Shown here one piece after another: positions 27,778 to 37,931 of a stretch of DNA of 45,345 nt; the stretch's first letter is position 1; every line of letters begins with the position of its first letter. Origin of the DNA: Candidatus Micrarchaeota archaeon (GTDB lineage: Archaea > Micrarchaeota > Micrarchaeia > Anstonellales > Bilamarchaeaceae); NCBI GenBank assembly GCA_043816005.1, contig JBDRIM010000040.1, forward strand, positions 1-45,345, written 5' to 3'. A program made the position numbers and the translations under genes. The notes beneath the pieces are model-generated. The model was given only the letters and a program-made list of their open reading frames with translations, was not told where the DNA came from and made no database searches.

Positions 27778-28422
27778 ATGGATAAAAAAATTGTTTTACC
27801 AGGAGATAGGATAGCTGAAGGCAGGATAACTGCTTCAAATACATTCTCAGATGGCAATGCAACTTATGCAGCAGTCATTGGGATGATGGACGACGAAGGC
27901 AGATATGTCCCGCTTGAAAATAGATACAAACCAGTAGTAGGAGATGTTGTCGTTGGAACTGTAACTGATGTCAGGCATGCTGGATATGAGGTTGATTTAA
28001 ATCTTCCAAATGGTGGATTTATCCCCACAAGAGATGTTAAGTTGTCATTACAACTTGGTGACTTTGTAATAAGTAAAATAAAATCAGTTAATGAAGTTGG
28101 AGATATTGATCTTGGAGAAGTAAGAAGATTGCCAAAAGGTAAGATAATAGAATTCCCTTCCGCAAAAGTTCCAAGATTAATTGGTAGAAAAAGTAGTATG
28201 CTTAATCTCCTGAAGGATTATTCAGGTGGAGACATAATGGTTGGTAACAACGGATATGTTTGGATGGGTGAAAGGTGCGATATGCCACTTTTGCTGAAAA
28301 CAATTAAACTAATTGAAAGGAAAGCACATAAATCCGGACTTACTGATGAAGTCGCAAATATATTAAAACAAGAAAAAGGCGAAAGACCTCAAACTACAGA
28401 AGGTGAAGAATATGTCGGATAG
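27778..28422 (+). CDS. rrp4: Exosome RNA-binding protein Rrp4
   Basis: IVLPGD, YKPVVGDVVVG, KVPRLIGRKSSM, VGNNGYVW; start reassigned to MDKK. Confidence 0.94.
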   Translation: MDKKIVLPGDRIAEGRITASNTFSDGNATYAAVIGMMDDEGRYVPLENRYKPVVGDVVVGTVTDVRHAGYEVDLNLPNGGFIPTRDVKLSLQLGDFVISKIKSVNEVGDIDLGEVRRLPKGKIIEFPSAKVPRLIGRKSSMLNLLKDYSGGDIMVGNNGYVWMGERCDMPLLLKTIKLIERKAHKSGLTDEVANILKQEKGERPQTTEGEEYVG

Positions 28423-29158
28423 TAAAGGAACAGTACAGCTAATTGTAAATGGTAAAAGAACAGATGGAAGAGACATTGAAGATTTACGAGATATACGCAT
28501 AGAAGTGGGTATAATACCAGAAGCAGATGGATCAGCATATATTGAATGGGGTGGAAATAAAATATTGTGTGGTGTTTACGGACCGCGAGAATGTATTCCA
28601 AGACATGATTCAAGTCCATATCATTCGATAGTAAAATGCAAGTATATGATGTCACCTTTTGCCTCACTCGAAGAGCACAGCAGAAGTGGACCGTCTAGAA
28701 GAAGTACAGAACTATCGAAAGTAATCAGAGAAGCTTTTGAAAATGTCATAATTGCAGAAAAATTTCCAAACACACAGATAGATATTTACATTGACGTGTT
28801 GCAAGCAGATGGAGGAACAAGAACTGCATCTATAACCGCAGCAACTGTTGCACTTACAAATGCTGGCATACCTATGAAGGATATGGTTGGTTCAGTTGCA
28901 GTAGGAAAAGCAGGGGATATACTTGTTCTTGACTTAAATAAAACTGAAGACAACTTTGGCCAGTCAGATATGCCGATTGCTATTTCAAACAAAGACAAAA
29001 AAGTACTTTTGCTTCAGATGGATGGTCTTCTTACAAAAGAAGAAGTCATACAAATGATAGAAATGGCAGAGAGAGGATGTGAAAAAGTAAACAAAATACA
29101 GGCTGACGCCCTCAGACGATTCTATGAGAAGGGCGATGATGAAACAATTAAATGGTGA
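28412..29158 (+). CDS. rrp41: Exosome exonuclease Rrp41
   Basis: RTDGR, ADGSAY, VYGPRE, RRSTELS, ADGGTR, LLQMDG. Confidence 0.96.
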   Translation: MSDSKGTVQLIVNGKRTDGRDIEDLRDIRIEVGIIPEADGSAYIEWGGNKILCGVYGPRECIPRHDSSPYHSIVKCKYMMSPFASLEEHSRSGPSRRSTELSKVIREAFENVIIAEKFPNTQIDIYIDVLQADGGTRTASITAATVALTNAGIPMKDMVGSVAVGKAGDILVLDLNKTEDNFGQSDMPIAISNKDKKVLLLQMDGLLTKEEVIQMIEMAERGCEKVNKIQADALRRFYEKGDDETIKW

Positions 29159-29952
29159 TATTCATGGGTGACGAAGTAAAAGATGTTATAATGGCCCAGG
29201 TAAGAAGGGACGTACTAAACAATACTTTGAGCAAAGGCATTAGATTTGACGGTAGAAAGTTTGATGAATACAGACCAATAGAAGTACAAAAAGGAGTAAT
29301 AAAGACTGCAGAGGGTTCGGCAATTGCTAAGATTGGCCAGACAGTAGTACTTGTTGCAAATAAATTTGATATTGTCAAACCGTTTTCTGACAGACCAACA
29401 CAAGGAGTAATGGTTACAAATGCAGAACTTCTTCCAGCAGCATCTCCAAGTTTTGAATCTGGACCACCAGACAAATATTCTATTGAGGTTGCTAGAGTAG
29501 TTGACAGAGCACTACGAAGTGCAGAATGTGTTGATCTCGAATCATTTTTCGTAGAAACCGATAAGGTTCTTGGTCTTTATCTAGATATATATGTGCTCAA
29601 CCACGCAGGCAATTATACTGATGCTGCAACTTTAGCAGCAACGGCTGCCCTACTCGACACACAAGTACCAAAAGTCGAGAATGGTAAAATTATACGCGGG
29701 GAATATGCTAAACCTCTTAATCCAACAAAATTACCAATAACCACAACGATGATTAAGGTTGGTAATAATTGGTTAGTTGATCCAACAAGAGACGAAGAAA
29801 GAGTGCTTGAAACAGTTCTTACAATTGGAACAACCGAAGAACATGTTTGTGCGATGCAAAAAGGTAGGGGATCGCTAAGCAAAGATGAACTCGTCGAAGC
29901 TATGGAGATAGCTTTTAAAAGAGGAAAGGACATAAGACAAATTCTTAGATAG
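29152..29952 (+). CDS. rrp42: Exosome subunit Rrp42
   Basis: RFDGR..EYR, AEGSA, FESGPP, EVARVVDR, VDPT..EE. Confidence 0.96.
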   Translation: MVIFMGDEVKDVIMAQVRRDVLNNTLSKGIRFDGRKFDEYRPIEVQKGVIKTAEGSAIAKIGQTVVLVANKFDIVKPFSDRPTQGVMVTNAELLPAASPSFESGPPDKYSIEVARVVDRALRSAECVDLESFFVETDKVLGLYLDIYVLNHAGNYTDAATLAATAALLDTQVPKVENGKIIRGEYAKPLNPTKLPITTTMIKVGNNWLVDPTRDEERVLETVLTIGTTEEHVCAMQKGRGSLSKDELVEAMEIAFKRGKDIRQILR

Positions 29953-29960
29953 GTGAAAAT

Positions 29961-30197
29961 ATGCATACTGCAAGATATGGTGCTTCAATTAGAAAATTAT
30001 TCAATAAGGCAATAAAAGCAAAACGTACAAGATACGAATGCCCAAAATGCCATAAACTGAAATTATGCAGAAAGGGAACTGCAGTATGGACATGCAAATC
30101 ATGTGATACTACTTTTGCCGGTGCTGCTTATTCTTTCACAAGTGAAGCGGGTGAAATCGCTGCACGTAGTATTAATGAATATGCTAAATCGGCATAG
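29961..30197 (+). CDS. rpl37ae: 50S ribosomal protein L37Ae (eL43)
   Basis: RYGASIRK, CPKC..WTCKSC..FAGAAY. Confidence 0.95.
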   Translation: MHTARYGASIRKLFNKAIKAKRTRYECPKCHKLKLCRKGTAVWTCKSCDTTFAGAAYSFTSEAGEIAARSINEYAKSA

Positions 30198-30208
30198 AGG
30201 TGGGGATT

Positions 30209-30340
30209 ATGGGAGAATATAAAGATCAAAAAAGCGGTGCTAAAGTATCTACTGGTGAAAGATTTGCATTTCCAACAACAGGTGCAAAAATTTTACTGAA
30301 AGCTCGTCCGCCAATAGCAAAGGAAGTAAAGACTGATTAA
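30209..30340 (+). CDS. rpoP: RNA polymerase subunit Rpo12 (P), cysteine-free variant (43 aa; not in the ORF track)
   Basis: MGEYKDQKSGAKVSTGERFAFPTTGAKILLKARPPIAKEVKTD; GAGGTGG SD; occupies the usual slot after rpl37ae; ILLK.RP motif. Confidence 0.8.
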   Translation: MGEYKDQKSGAKVSTGERFAFPTTGAKILLKARPPIAKEVKTD

Positions 30341-30353
30341 ATTTTGGTTGTTG

Positions 30354-30374
30354 AATTCGCGTTGCACGCGAATT
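30354..30374. repeat. Perfect 9-bp intergenic hairpin
   Basis: AATTCGCGT-TGC-ACGCGAATT. Confidence 0.8.
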
Positions 30375-30387
30375 GGCAAGGGAAAAA

Positions 30388-30639
30388 ATGTATACCACAA
30401 GTAGATACTCGTCAATAAAAACAAGAGAACTTGCAAAAAAATTAGCAAATGAAAACAACGAAATCTATGTTGCAAGAGGCAAAAAGACAATAGACCAACT
30501 TGTTCAATTGGCACGTAAAAAAGGCGAAGAAAGAATAACTGTGCTCGATGAAAATAACCCAACAACTTTCGCAATAATAGAAGTTGACGAATTAGGAAAC
30601 TGGAAATGGGTAACTGAGGTGTGTGACTATAAATGCTAA
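30388..30639 (+). CDS. Brix/Imp4-domain ribosome biogenesis protein (short)
   Basis: TTSRYSS..TRELAK, YVARGKKTI; conserved position after rpoP. Confidence 0.82.
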   Translation: MYTTSRYSSIKTRELAKKLANENNEIYVARGKKTIDQLVQLARKKGEERITVLDENNPTTFAIIEVDELGNWKWVTEVCDYKC

Positions 30640-30859
30640 TGGCTCATTTGAAATCGAATTTCCTGATGAAAAGGCTGCAAAAGCAGCAGCAACGGCTATA
30701 TCACACGAGGGAGACGTCGGAAACAGATCAATAACGAAAATAACTATAAAAGGTAAGGTATTAACAGTTAATATAAATGCTCAAGATGTAGTTGCCTTAA
30801 GAGCTACTGCCAATGCTTGCCTGAGGGCATTGCAAGTTTTTGAGTCCATAAAGGTGTAA
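30623..30859 (+). CDS. pcc1: KEOPS complex subunit Pcc1
   Basis: INAQDVVALRATANACLR; position before pfdB. Confidence 0.85.
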   Translation: MTINANGSFEIEFPDEKAAKAAATAISHEGDVGNRSITKITIKGKVLTVNINAQDVVALRATANACLRALQVFESIKV

Positions 30860-30861
30860 AA

Positions 30862-31215
30862 ATGAAAAATGAAGCTGACGATTTGAATAGAGAATTAGTT
30901 GAATATGAAAACATGGAAAAACAATTGGAAGTCCTGCTAATCCAAAAACATCAACTCCAAATGCAAATGAACGAGATAAAACATGCATTGGATGAATTGA
31001 AAAAAGCAAAAGGAGAAGTATATCGTTCTGTTGGATCAATACTTGTCCATACTACAAAAGAACAGGCTGATGCAGATCTCAAGGAACGTGATGAACTGGT
31101 TGAAGTAAAATTAAATGCCATAACAAAACAGGAAGAAAAACTGAGAAGTGTTGTTATGGACACACAAAGAAAACTCCAGGAGAAAATGAAAGGATATGGA
31201 AAAGGCAGCAGCTAG
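30862..31215 (+). CDS. pfdB: Prefoldin subunit beta
   Basis: Coiled coils flanking VYRSVGSILV. Confidence 0.94.
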   Translation: MKNEADDLNRELVEYENMEKQLEVLLIQKHQLQMQMNEIKHALDELKKAKGEVYRSVGSILVHTTKEQADADLKERDELVEVKLNAITKQEEKLRSVVMDTQRKLQEKMKGYGKGSS

Positions 31216-32131
31216 TAAAGTTGAATCTTTAGCCAAATACAAAATAGCAATAGCAACACATAGTCGCGCTGATGTTGATGCTATTTCTTCTGCTTATGCC
31301 CTAAGTAAAATTTATCCGAAAAGTGTTATTTGTAGTTCTGAAGAATTAACTGAAGGGGCACGGCTATTGGTTGAACGTCTTGGAATACAAGTAGAAGACA
31401 TTGCTAATCTTAAAAAAACTGATTTTGATGGTTTGGTTGTTGTTGATACTAGTGCATACACACTTTTGCCTGGTGCAAAAGGTTGGAAAATTTTACTTAT
31501 AATTGATCATCATCAATCAGAAGGCAGAGATATGAAAGGAGAATTTCAGATAATTGATATTGAATCACCATCAACTGCAGAAATCATTGCAAATATTTTG
31601 CCCGAAATAGATGAGAAAGTTGCATTTGCACTTTCAGTTGGAATTATTGCAGATGCTGCGAGATTTAAATCTGCTAGAGCCGGAACATTTGAAATTTTGG
31701 CTAAATTGATGAAGATAGCAAATGCGGATTATGCTGATCTTCTATCGATCGCTGAACCAGATCAAAAAAATGAGGCAAAAATCGCAATCCTAACTGCTAT
31801 GAAAAGAGTGAACTTTGTTTATGCTGCTGGTTATGTAATTGCTACAAGTGAAGTAAGTAGTAATGAAAGTGATGCTGCATCATTAATTGCAGAAGCAGCA
31901 GATGTCGCATTTATTGCTAAATGGAAAGCTCAAGAAAAAGAAACACGAATATCTGCAAGGGCACGTAAAAGTGTGAAAGTTCCTCTGAATGAGGTTTTAT
32001 CTGAAGTTGCTGAAGAGGTAGGCGGTGCTGGCGGCGGACACAAAAAAGCAGCTGGAGCTGCACTTAAATGCCATACTGATGAAGCGTTGAAGACTTGTGT
32101 AGAAGTTTTTATTAGAAAAGCAAGTAGTTAA
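31196..32131 (+). CDS. DHH/DHHA1 phosphoesterase (NrnA-like)
   Basis: THSRADVDA, VVDT, IIDHH, STAEI, GGGHKKAAG. Confidence 0.92.
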   Translation: MEKAAASKVESLAKYKIAIATHSRADVDAISSAYALSKIYPKSVICSSEELTEGARLLVERLGIQVEDIANLKKTDFDGLVVVDTSAYTLLPGAKGWKILLIIDHHQSEGRDMKGEFQIIDIESPSTAEIIANILPEIDEKVAFALSVGIIADAARFKSARAGTFEILAKLMKIANADYADLLSIAEPDQKNEAKIAILTAMKRVNFVYAAGYVIATSEVSSNESDAASLIAEAADVAFIAKWKAQEKETRISARARKSVKVPLNEVLSEVAEEVGGAGGGHKKAAGAALKCHTDEALKTCVEVFIRKASS

Positions 32132-33611
<1,480 letters not shown>

Positions 33612-33635
33612 ATTAACACTACAAAATGAAAAAAA

Positions 33636-34046
33636 TTATTCGTTTAAAGCTTTGAGGGCAGCCTCATTATCTGCAGTTCCAAGTAGAACGTAAGACAATG
33701 TTGGAGTCATAGAGACAGAGAAAGCATATACCAGATTTATCCCTTTAGATGAAATCTTACTAGCTGCATCGGCCATTGTGCCAGGCTTATTCTCAAGAGT
33801 AATTATGATGACTTCCTTTTCAACAACATGCATACCAAGGTTAGATAGCACTTTTCGAGCTGTCTCTAGATCGCCTTTTTCAACAACCAAGTGAGTATTT
33901 ATTTGACGATCTTCAGGTGGCATCAAAAGTGGTCTAATACCTTCTGCTTCCATTGCCTTTGAAGCACGTGATGCTTCGCTAAAATTTGGCTTCTCCAAGA
34001 ATAATTCGACTACAATTCGGTTTTCTTCCATATGCCTCACAACCAT
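33636..34046 (-). CDS. ACT domain-containing protein
   Basis: LENKPGTMAD..SKGINLVYAF. Confidence 0.85.
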   Translation of the reverse strand: MVVRHMEENRIVVELFLEKPNFSEASRASKAMEAEGIRPLLMPPEDRQINTHLVVEKGDLETARKVLSNLGMHVVEKEVIIITLENKPGTMADAASKISSKGINLVYAFSVSMTPTLSYVLLGTADNEAALKALNE

Positions 34047-34343
34047 AATTTGGAACGATTAGGTATTAAAACGTGTTCATTTTTAACCTTGCCCTAATGA
34101 TTTTAAATTCGTATATAGATGATATATGTCTCCAAAACAGATTTCGCCAAGCTCGCTCATTCATCCCCCAAGAAGAATGAATATAGCTTTCGAATTCTGT
34201 GGAATTGGTTCTTCGAAGGGGCTTTTGTTTGATTCGCTCCGCGGGGGTTTGAGGGGGCGTTGCCCCCTAATCAAACCAAAAACCTTCCAAACCCCAACGA
34301 ATGAAATGTACAAAAACACCATCTCAACCTCGAGTTCGATTAT

Positions 34344-35117
34344 ATGGATTTTATACAGGCGATAATTCTTGGTATAATTCAAGGCATAACCGAATGGCTA
34401 CCAGTTAGTTCTAAAGCTATGGTTGCGTTGGCTGGAAAATTTCTTTTTGGTATGGATTATCAAACTGCATTAAGCACTGCAATATTTTTGCACAGTGGCA
34501 CTCTTTTAGCAGCAATTATTTATTTCAGAAAGGAAGTAATTGAAATAATTCAAAGTGTTTTTAGTAAAAACAAAAAAGATTTGCTTATTTTTCTTATAGT
34601 AACAACAGTGGTAACCGGAATTATGGGACTTCCGTTAATGTTTATTGCTTTGAATTTTGAATTCCCAGAAGCCGTTTTCACAATTTTTATCGGTGTTGTG
34701 TTAATTGGAATTGCATTCTTACACAAAAATAGAAAGGAAAAATCAGGAGCAAGATTAACCCCGAAAAAAGCAATAATAGCTGGAATTGCACAAGGTCTTG
34801 CTGCTATCCCTGGAGTAAGTAGGTCTGGAATTACATTAGCAGCTCTTCTTGGAGAGAATTTCTCACTTGAAGAATCGTTAAAAATTAGTTTTTTGATGAG
34901 CATTCCAGCTGTTTTTGGCGTTGAACTTGCTTTGCCACTGATAAAGAATAATTTTACTGTATCAGGTGAACTGATAGTTGGCAGTCTTGTTGCTGCTGGC
35001 GTTGGACTTGTTACTATTGACTTTTTATTGAAAATTGCAAAACGAAAAGACTTTTACAAAATAATTTTTGGTTTAGGAATTTTGATTGTTATTTTGGGAA
35101 TTGGACTTTTATTCTGA
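34344..35117 (+). CDS. uppP: Undecaprenyl-diphosphatase BacA/UppP family
   Basis: GIIQGITEWLPVSS, LHSGT, AIPGVSRSGIT, SFLMSIP. Confidence 0.93.
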   Translation: MDFIQAIILGIIQGITEWLPVSSKAMVALAGKFLFGMDYQTALSTAIFLHSGTLLAAIIYFRKEVIEIIQSVFSKNKKDLLIFLIVTTVVTGIMGLPLMFIALNFEFPEAVFTIFIGVVLIGIAFLHKNRKEKSGARLTPKKAIIAGIAQGLAAIPGVSRSGITLAALLGENFSLEESLKISFLMSIPAVFGVELALPLIKNNFTVSGELIVGSLVAAGVGLVTIDFLLKIAKRKDFYKIIFGLGILIVILGIGLLF

Positions 35118-35211
35118 ACCTTGTGAGACAAGTGGAAAAAACACTGTTGAGTAGCCATTGCCAGTATTTTTCAAGGAGGTGTGGGACATATGTTCCACAA
35201 ATAATAAAAAA

Positions 35212-35410
35212 CGCTGAGGGCAGGATTTGAACCTGCGATCCCGAAGGGACCGGTTGTCCTTTTTTGGAAAAAAAGGACCAAAAAACTTTTTGTAAGTCTT
35301 ATGATCTTAACTTCCAAAGAAACCAAAAACAACAATCAGTTTTTGGTCGCACCTTTTTATGAAAAAGGTGCGTTCAAGACCGGCGCACTACCAGGTTATG
35401 CGACCTCAGC
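35212..35410 (-). tRNA. tRNA-Ser(TGA) with 117-nt intron at 37/38 (exons 35410-35373 and 35255-35212)
   Basis: GCTGAGG/CCTCAGC acceptor stem, G73, CCGGT-CT-TGA-A|A-ACCGG, variable arm TCCC-TTC-GGGA, GCAGG-TTCAAAT-CCTGC. Confidence 0.92.
35256..35372 (-). other. tRNA-Ser intron with terminal hairpins
   Basis: Perfect stems at 35256-35278 (10 bp), 35322-35347 (9 bp) and 35348-35372 (11 bp). Confidence 0.85.
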
Positions 35411-35497
35411 ATGAAGGACCTATTATGCACCTCATATGTGGTCCTTCCACCCAACATGAGGTTTCAATTGGCTTTAGTCGGGTGATCAAAAATCAGC

Positions 35498-35566
35498 TAG
35501 ACCTCAGCAACGAACGAAGTTGATGAGGGCCATTGTTCAAAAAAACAATTAGACCTCAGCAACGAA
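35498..35566. repeat. 17-bp direct repeat containing the first 9 nt of tRNA-Ser
   Basis: TAGACCTCAGCAACGAA at 35498-35514 and 35550-35566; GACCTCAGC equals 35402-35410. Confidence 0.85.
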
Positions 35567-35574
35567 TAAAAAAC

Positions 35575-36087
35575 TCATTGTTGTGATTCGTTTAGAGTTT
35601 CAGAAAGTAAACTCGTCTGGTTTTCATCCTGTACTTCAGATTGAACAAAATATTTCTTAAACTTCTCGGTTAGAGTAAGTTTCTTAGTTCTGCCTGCTTT
35701 TTGAGCTTTTACAAATCCTGCTTCGACTAATTCACGAACATCTTCGTAAATTTTAGGTCCGATTTTCTTCACTAAATTTGACTTGAGCATACCGTCATTT
35801 TTGGATAAATATGCTAATGTTCTTAGGGCAGATTTGCTGATTTCAACATCTTGAGCAAATTGTTTAACACGCTGAAGGTAATCGTTTTTCACACGCATTG
35901 TGTACTTCCCATCTATGTGGGTTATTTCTATTGCTCGGCCTTCGTAATCTTTTACTAATTCGTCCATTACACTTTGGAGATACCCTAATGCTCCAATACC
36001 AGTAAGTGTACGAAATTCCTCAAGTGACATTGACCTTGAACTTATGAAAAGCGCAGCTTCGATGAGTTTTTTTTCTTCCTTCTCCAT
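35575..36087 (-). CDS. scpB: SMC-Scp complex subunit ScpB
   Basis: LIEAALFIS, ISKSALRTLAY, GRTKKLTLTEKFKKYF. Confidence 0.9.
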   Translation of the reverse strand: MEKEEKKLIEAALFISSRSMSLEEFRTLTGIGALGYLQSVMDELVKDYEGRAIEITHIDGKYTMRVKNDYLQRVKQFAQDVEISKSALRTLAYLSKNDGMLKSNLVKKIGPKIYEDVRELVEAGFVKAQKAGRTKKLTLTEKFKKYFVQSEVQDENQTSLLSETLNESQQ

Positions 36088-36602
36088 CAATATCCCTCAA
36101 TCAACAAACGAGAATAATCAACAACGTCAATCTTTTTCTTCTTTTGCTTTATTGCTTTTTTTATTTCATTGATAGAGGATTTAATAGTGCGTTTTGTACT
36201 ATCAAGTTCAATAGGTTTTATTTTGTAAACTTGAATAACCCGCTGGGTGCAATAATCCAAAATTTCAGTTAGAACATTATCTTGGATTTTCTTTAAGTTG
36301 TATCTTCTTTTTTTCAGACGCTTACGCAAGACATTTGGATGCGTTCGTAGTACGATAACAAAATCATTCGGAATAAAAAATTCACATGCAAGGTGACCCT
36401 CTACGATGAAGTTTTTTTTGTTTTTTAGAAATTTGAGAGACGTGGCAAGTTTTCTTATATCAACTTCGTGTTTTTTGTTTGCAAGTTTGTGTGTATTGAC
36501 AATTTTTTTGATATCTATTAATTCCAAATTTAGATCAACAGCTAATTTTTTTGAAATTGTCGATTTGCCAGTTCCGGGAGAACCAGTAATAATTATTCTC
36601 AT
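36087..36602 (-). CDS. Adenylate kinase 6 / Fap7-like NMP kinase
   Basis: IIITGSPGTGKST, IVEGH, VLRT.P..L.KRL..R.Y...KI..N...E. Confidence 0.9.
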   Translation of the reverse strand: MRIIITGSPGTGKSTISKKLAVDLNLELIDIKKIVNTHKLANKKHEVDIRKLATSLKFLKNKKNFIVEGHLACEFFIPNDFVIVLRTHPNVLRKRLKKRRYNLKKIQDNVLTEILDYCTQRVIQVYKIKPIELDSTKRTIKSSINEIKKAIKQKKKKIDVVDYSRLLIEGY

Positions 36603-37021
36603 TTGATAGCCTCTTTGATACATTTATAGAATGCTCCTGCATTTTTAATAGCTGTTTCTGCTTCCTCCTTGCCCACACTCCCAGATGCCCCATAAACAAC
36701 ATCATGGCGACGGACTCGGTATCTATTGAATAGTTTTACAGTATTTGTTTTTGATTCCAGGATCGCATCGCAGAACTTCACAACTGCAAGATGATAGGCT
36801 TCTGATACTGGCAGATATCCCTTATTTGCCATAAGCGCACGTCCACTTGAAAGCATTGAGTTGTAGGCAATTGCAAGCGCCCAATCATAGTTTATGCTTT
36901 TTATATTATCATTCGCTGCTTTTAGATCTCTTTCGGTAGATGCCAAAAGCTCCAGAGCAAGCTGTTTATTTGGTTCTGATTTTCTTACTAAATCCATCTT
37001 TAACAATTCTGCCAAACTCAT
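36599..37021 (-). CDS. HEPN domain protein
   Basis: AYNSML...RAL, H..V, RRHDVVY. Confidence 0.88.
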   Translation of the reverse strand: MSLAELLKMDLVRKSEPNKQLALELLASTERDLKAANDNIKSINYDWALAIAYNSMLSSGRALMANKGYLPVSEAYHLAVVKFCDAILESKTNTVKLFNRYRVRRHDVVYGASGSVGKEEAETAIKNAGAFYKCIKEAIK

Positions 37022-37571
37022 TTTCATCCCCCATAACCCAAACTATTTTTTGGTTTAAAATATTAGACAGGAAGATATTTTTAGATCTTAGTTTTTCCTG
37101 AAAGTCTTTCTTAGACCATAGTATGAAGTTTATTTCTCGCTTGGATTTTTTTTGAATGTTGAAAATAGCATCGGAAATGTTGGTATCAGATTCATCTCCT
37201 ATAATCATCACGTCAATATCACTATTTGGTTTTTCCGTCCCTTTAGCCATGCTACCGAAAACAAACGCATAATCAACATTAAGTTGTGAGAACGCCTCTT
37301 TCAGAAGTGAAAAAAAACCTTCGGTTTTTTGATAGAGATTTTTAATATCTTGGAGGAAAGAACAATCCCTATTTGTATAAAACAAAACTTGATTGCCTGA
37401 TTTCTTACGGATCAAAAGACCGATATCGACTAGAATGTCGAGTTCACGTTTTGCTTCGAATGGTGAGATATTTGCTTTTCTGGCCAGTTCCCTTAGATGA
37501 AAACCATTATTAAAAAGAGCGACACCGAGAAGCTTAACACCGGCTTTTGATCTAAGTAATTTCTCCAACAT
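36966..37571 (-). CDS. HTH + minimal nucleotidyltransferase (MNT)
   Basis: HLRELAR wHTH; FGSMAKG..SDIDVMIIG. Confidence 0.92.
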   Translation of the reverse strand: MLEKLLRSKAGVKLLGVALFNNGFHLRELARKANISPFEAKRELDILVDIGLLIRKKSGNQVLFYTNRDCSFLQDIKNLYQKTEGFFSLLKEAFSQLNVDYAFVFGSMAKGTEKPNSDIDVMIIGDESDTNISDAIFNIQKKSKREINFILWSKKDFQEKLRSKNIFLSNILNQKIVWVMGDENEFGRIVKDGFSKKIRTK

Positions 37572-37611
37572 GTTAAATAATAGTTAACAATTGTTAATTT
37601 AAATTTAACGC

Positions 37612-37920
37612 TTACAATTTATTTGCTAAAACTTTGAAGTATTCTCTTGCTGAATTGAGAGTTTCTTTACCGTCCTTTGTTATAGTATAATACTTGCGTC
37701 GTTCTTCAAATTTAGAAGATATGAGACCTTCATTCTCCAATCGGTAAAGCACTATGTAGATCATGATTTTATTTGGTTTAAATGAGAATTCTTTTTCAAC
37801 CAAGGAATCCATTTCATAGGCATATATCTTCCTAGTTTTGACTAAAGAAAGAAGGTACAACCAAAGATTGCCAATAGTTAGCAGACGCTTGAGGCGTTTG
37901 ATTGGAGTTGTGGAAGTCAT
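37612..37920 (-). CDS. PadR family transcriptional regulator
   Basis: YAYEM, IYIVLYRLENEGLI, RRKYYTITKDG. Confidence 0.92.
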   Translation of the reverse strand: MTSTTPIKRLKRLLTIGNLWLYLLSLVKTRKIYAYEMDSLVEKEFSFKPNKIMIYIVLYRLENEGLISSKFEERRKYYTITKDGKETLNSAREYFKVLANKL

Positions 37921-37931
37921 CGTACTAGCCT

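Noticed and set aside
27590..27780. RNase P RNA, SRP RNA or hammerhead ribozyme
   Set aside because: No recognisable P4 signature, SRP helix 8 motif or CUGAUGA/GAAA core
34126..34382. 79-aa and 73-aa ORFs upstream of uppP as real genes
   Set aside because: Atypical composition, mutual overlap and overlap with uppP; better explained by a structured insert
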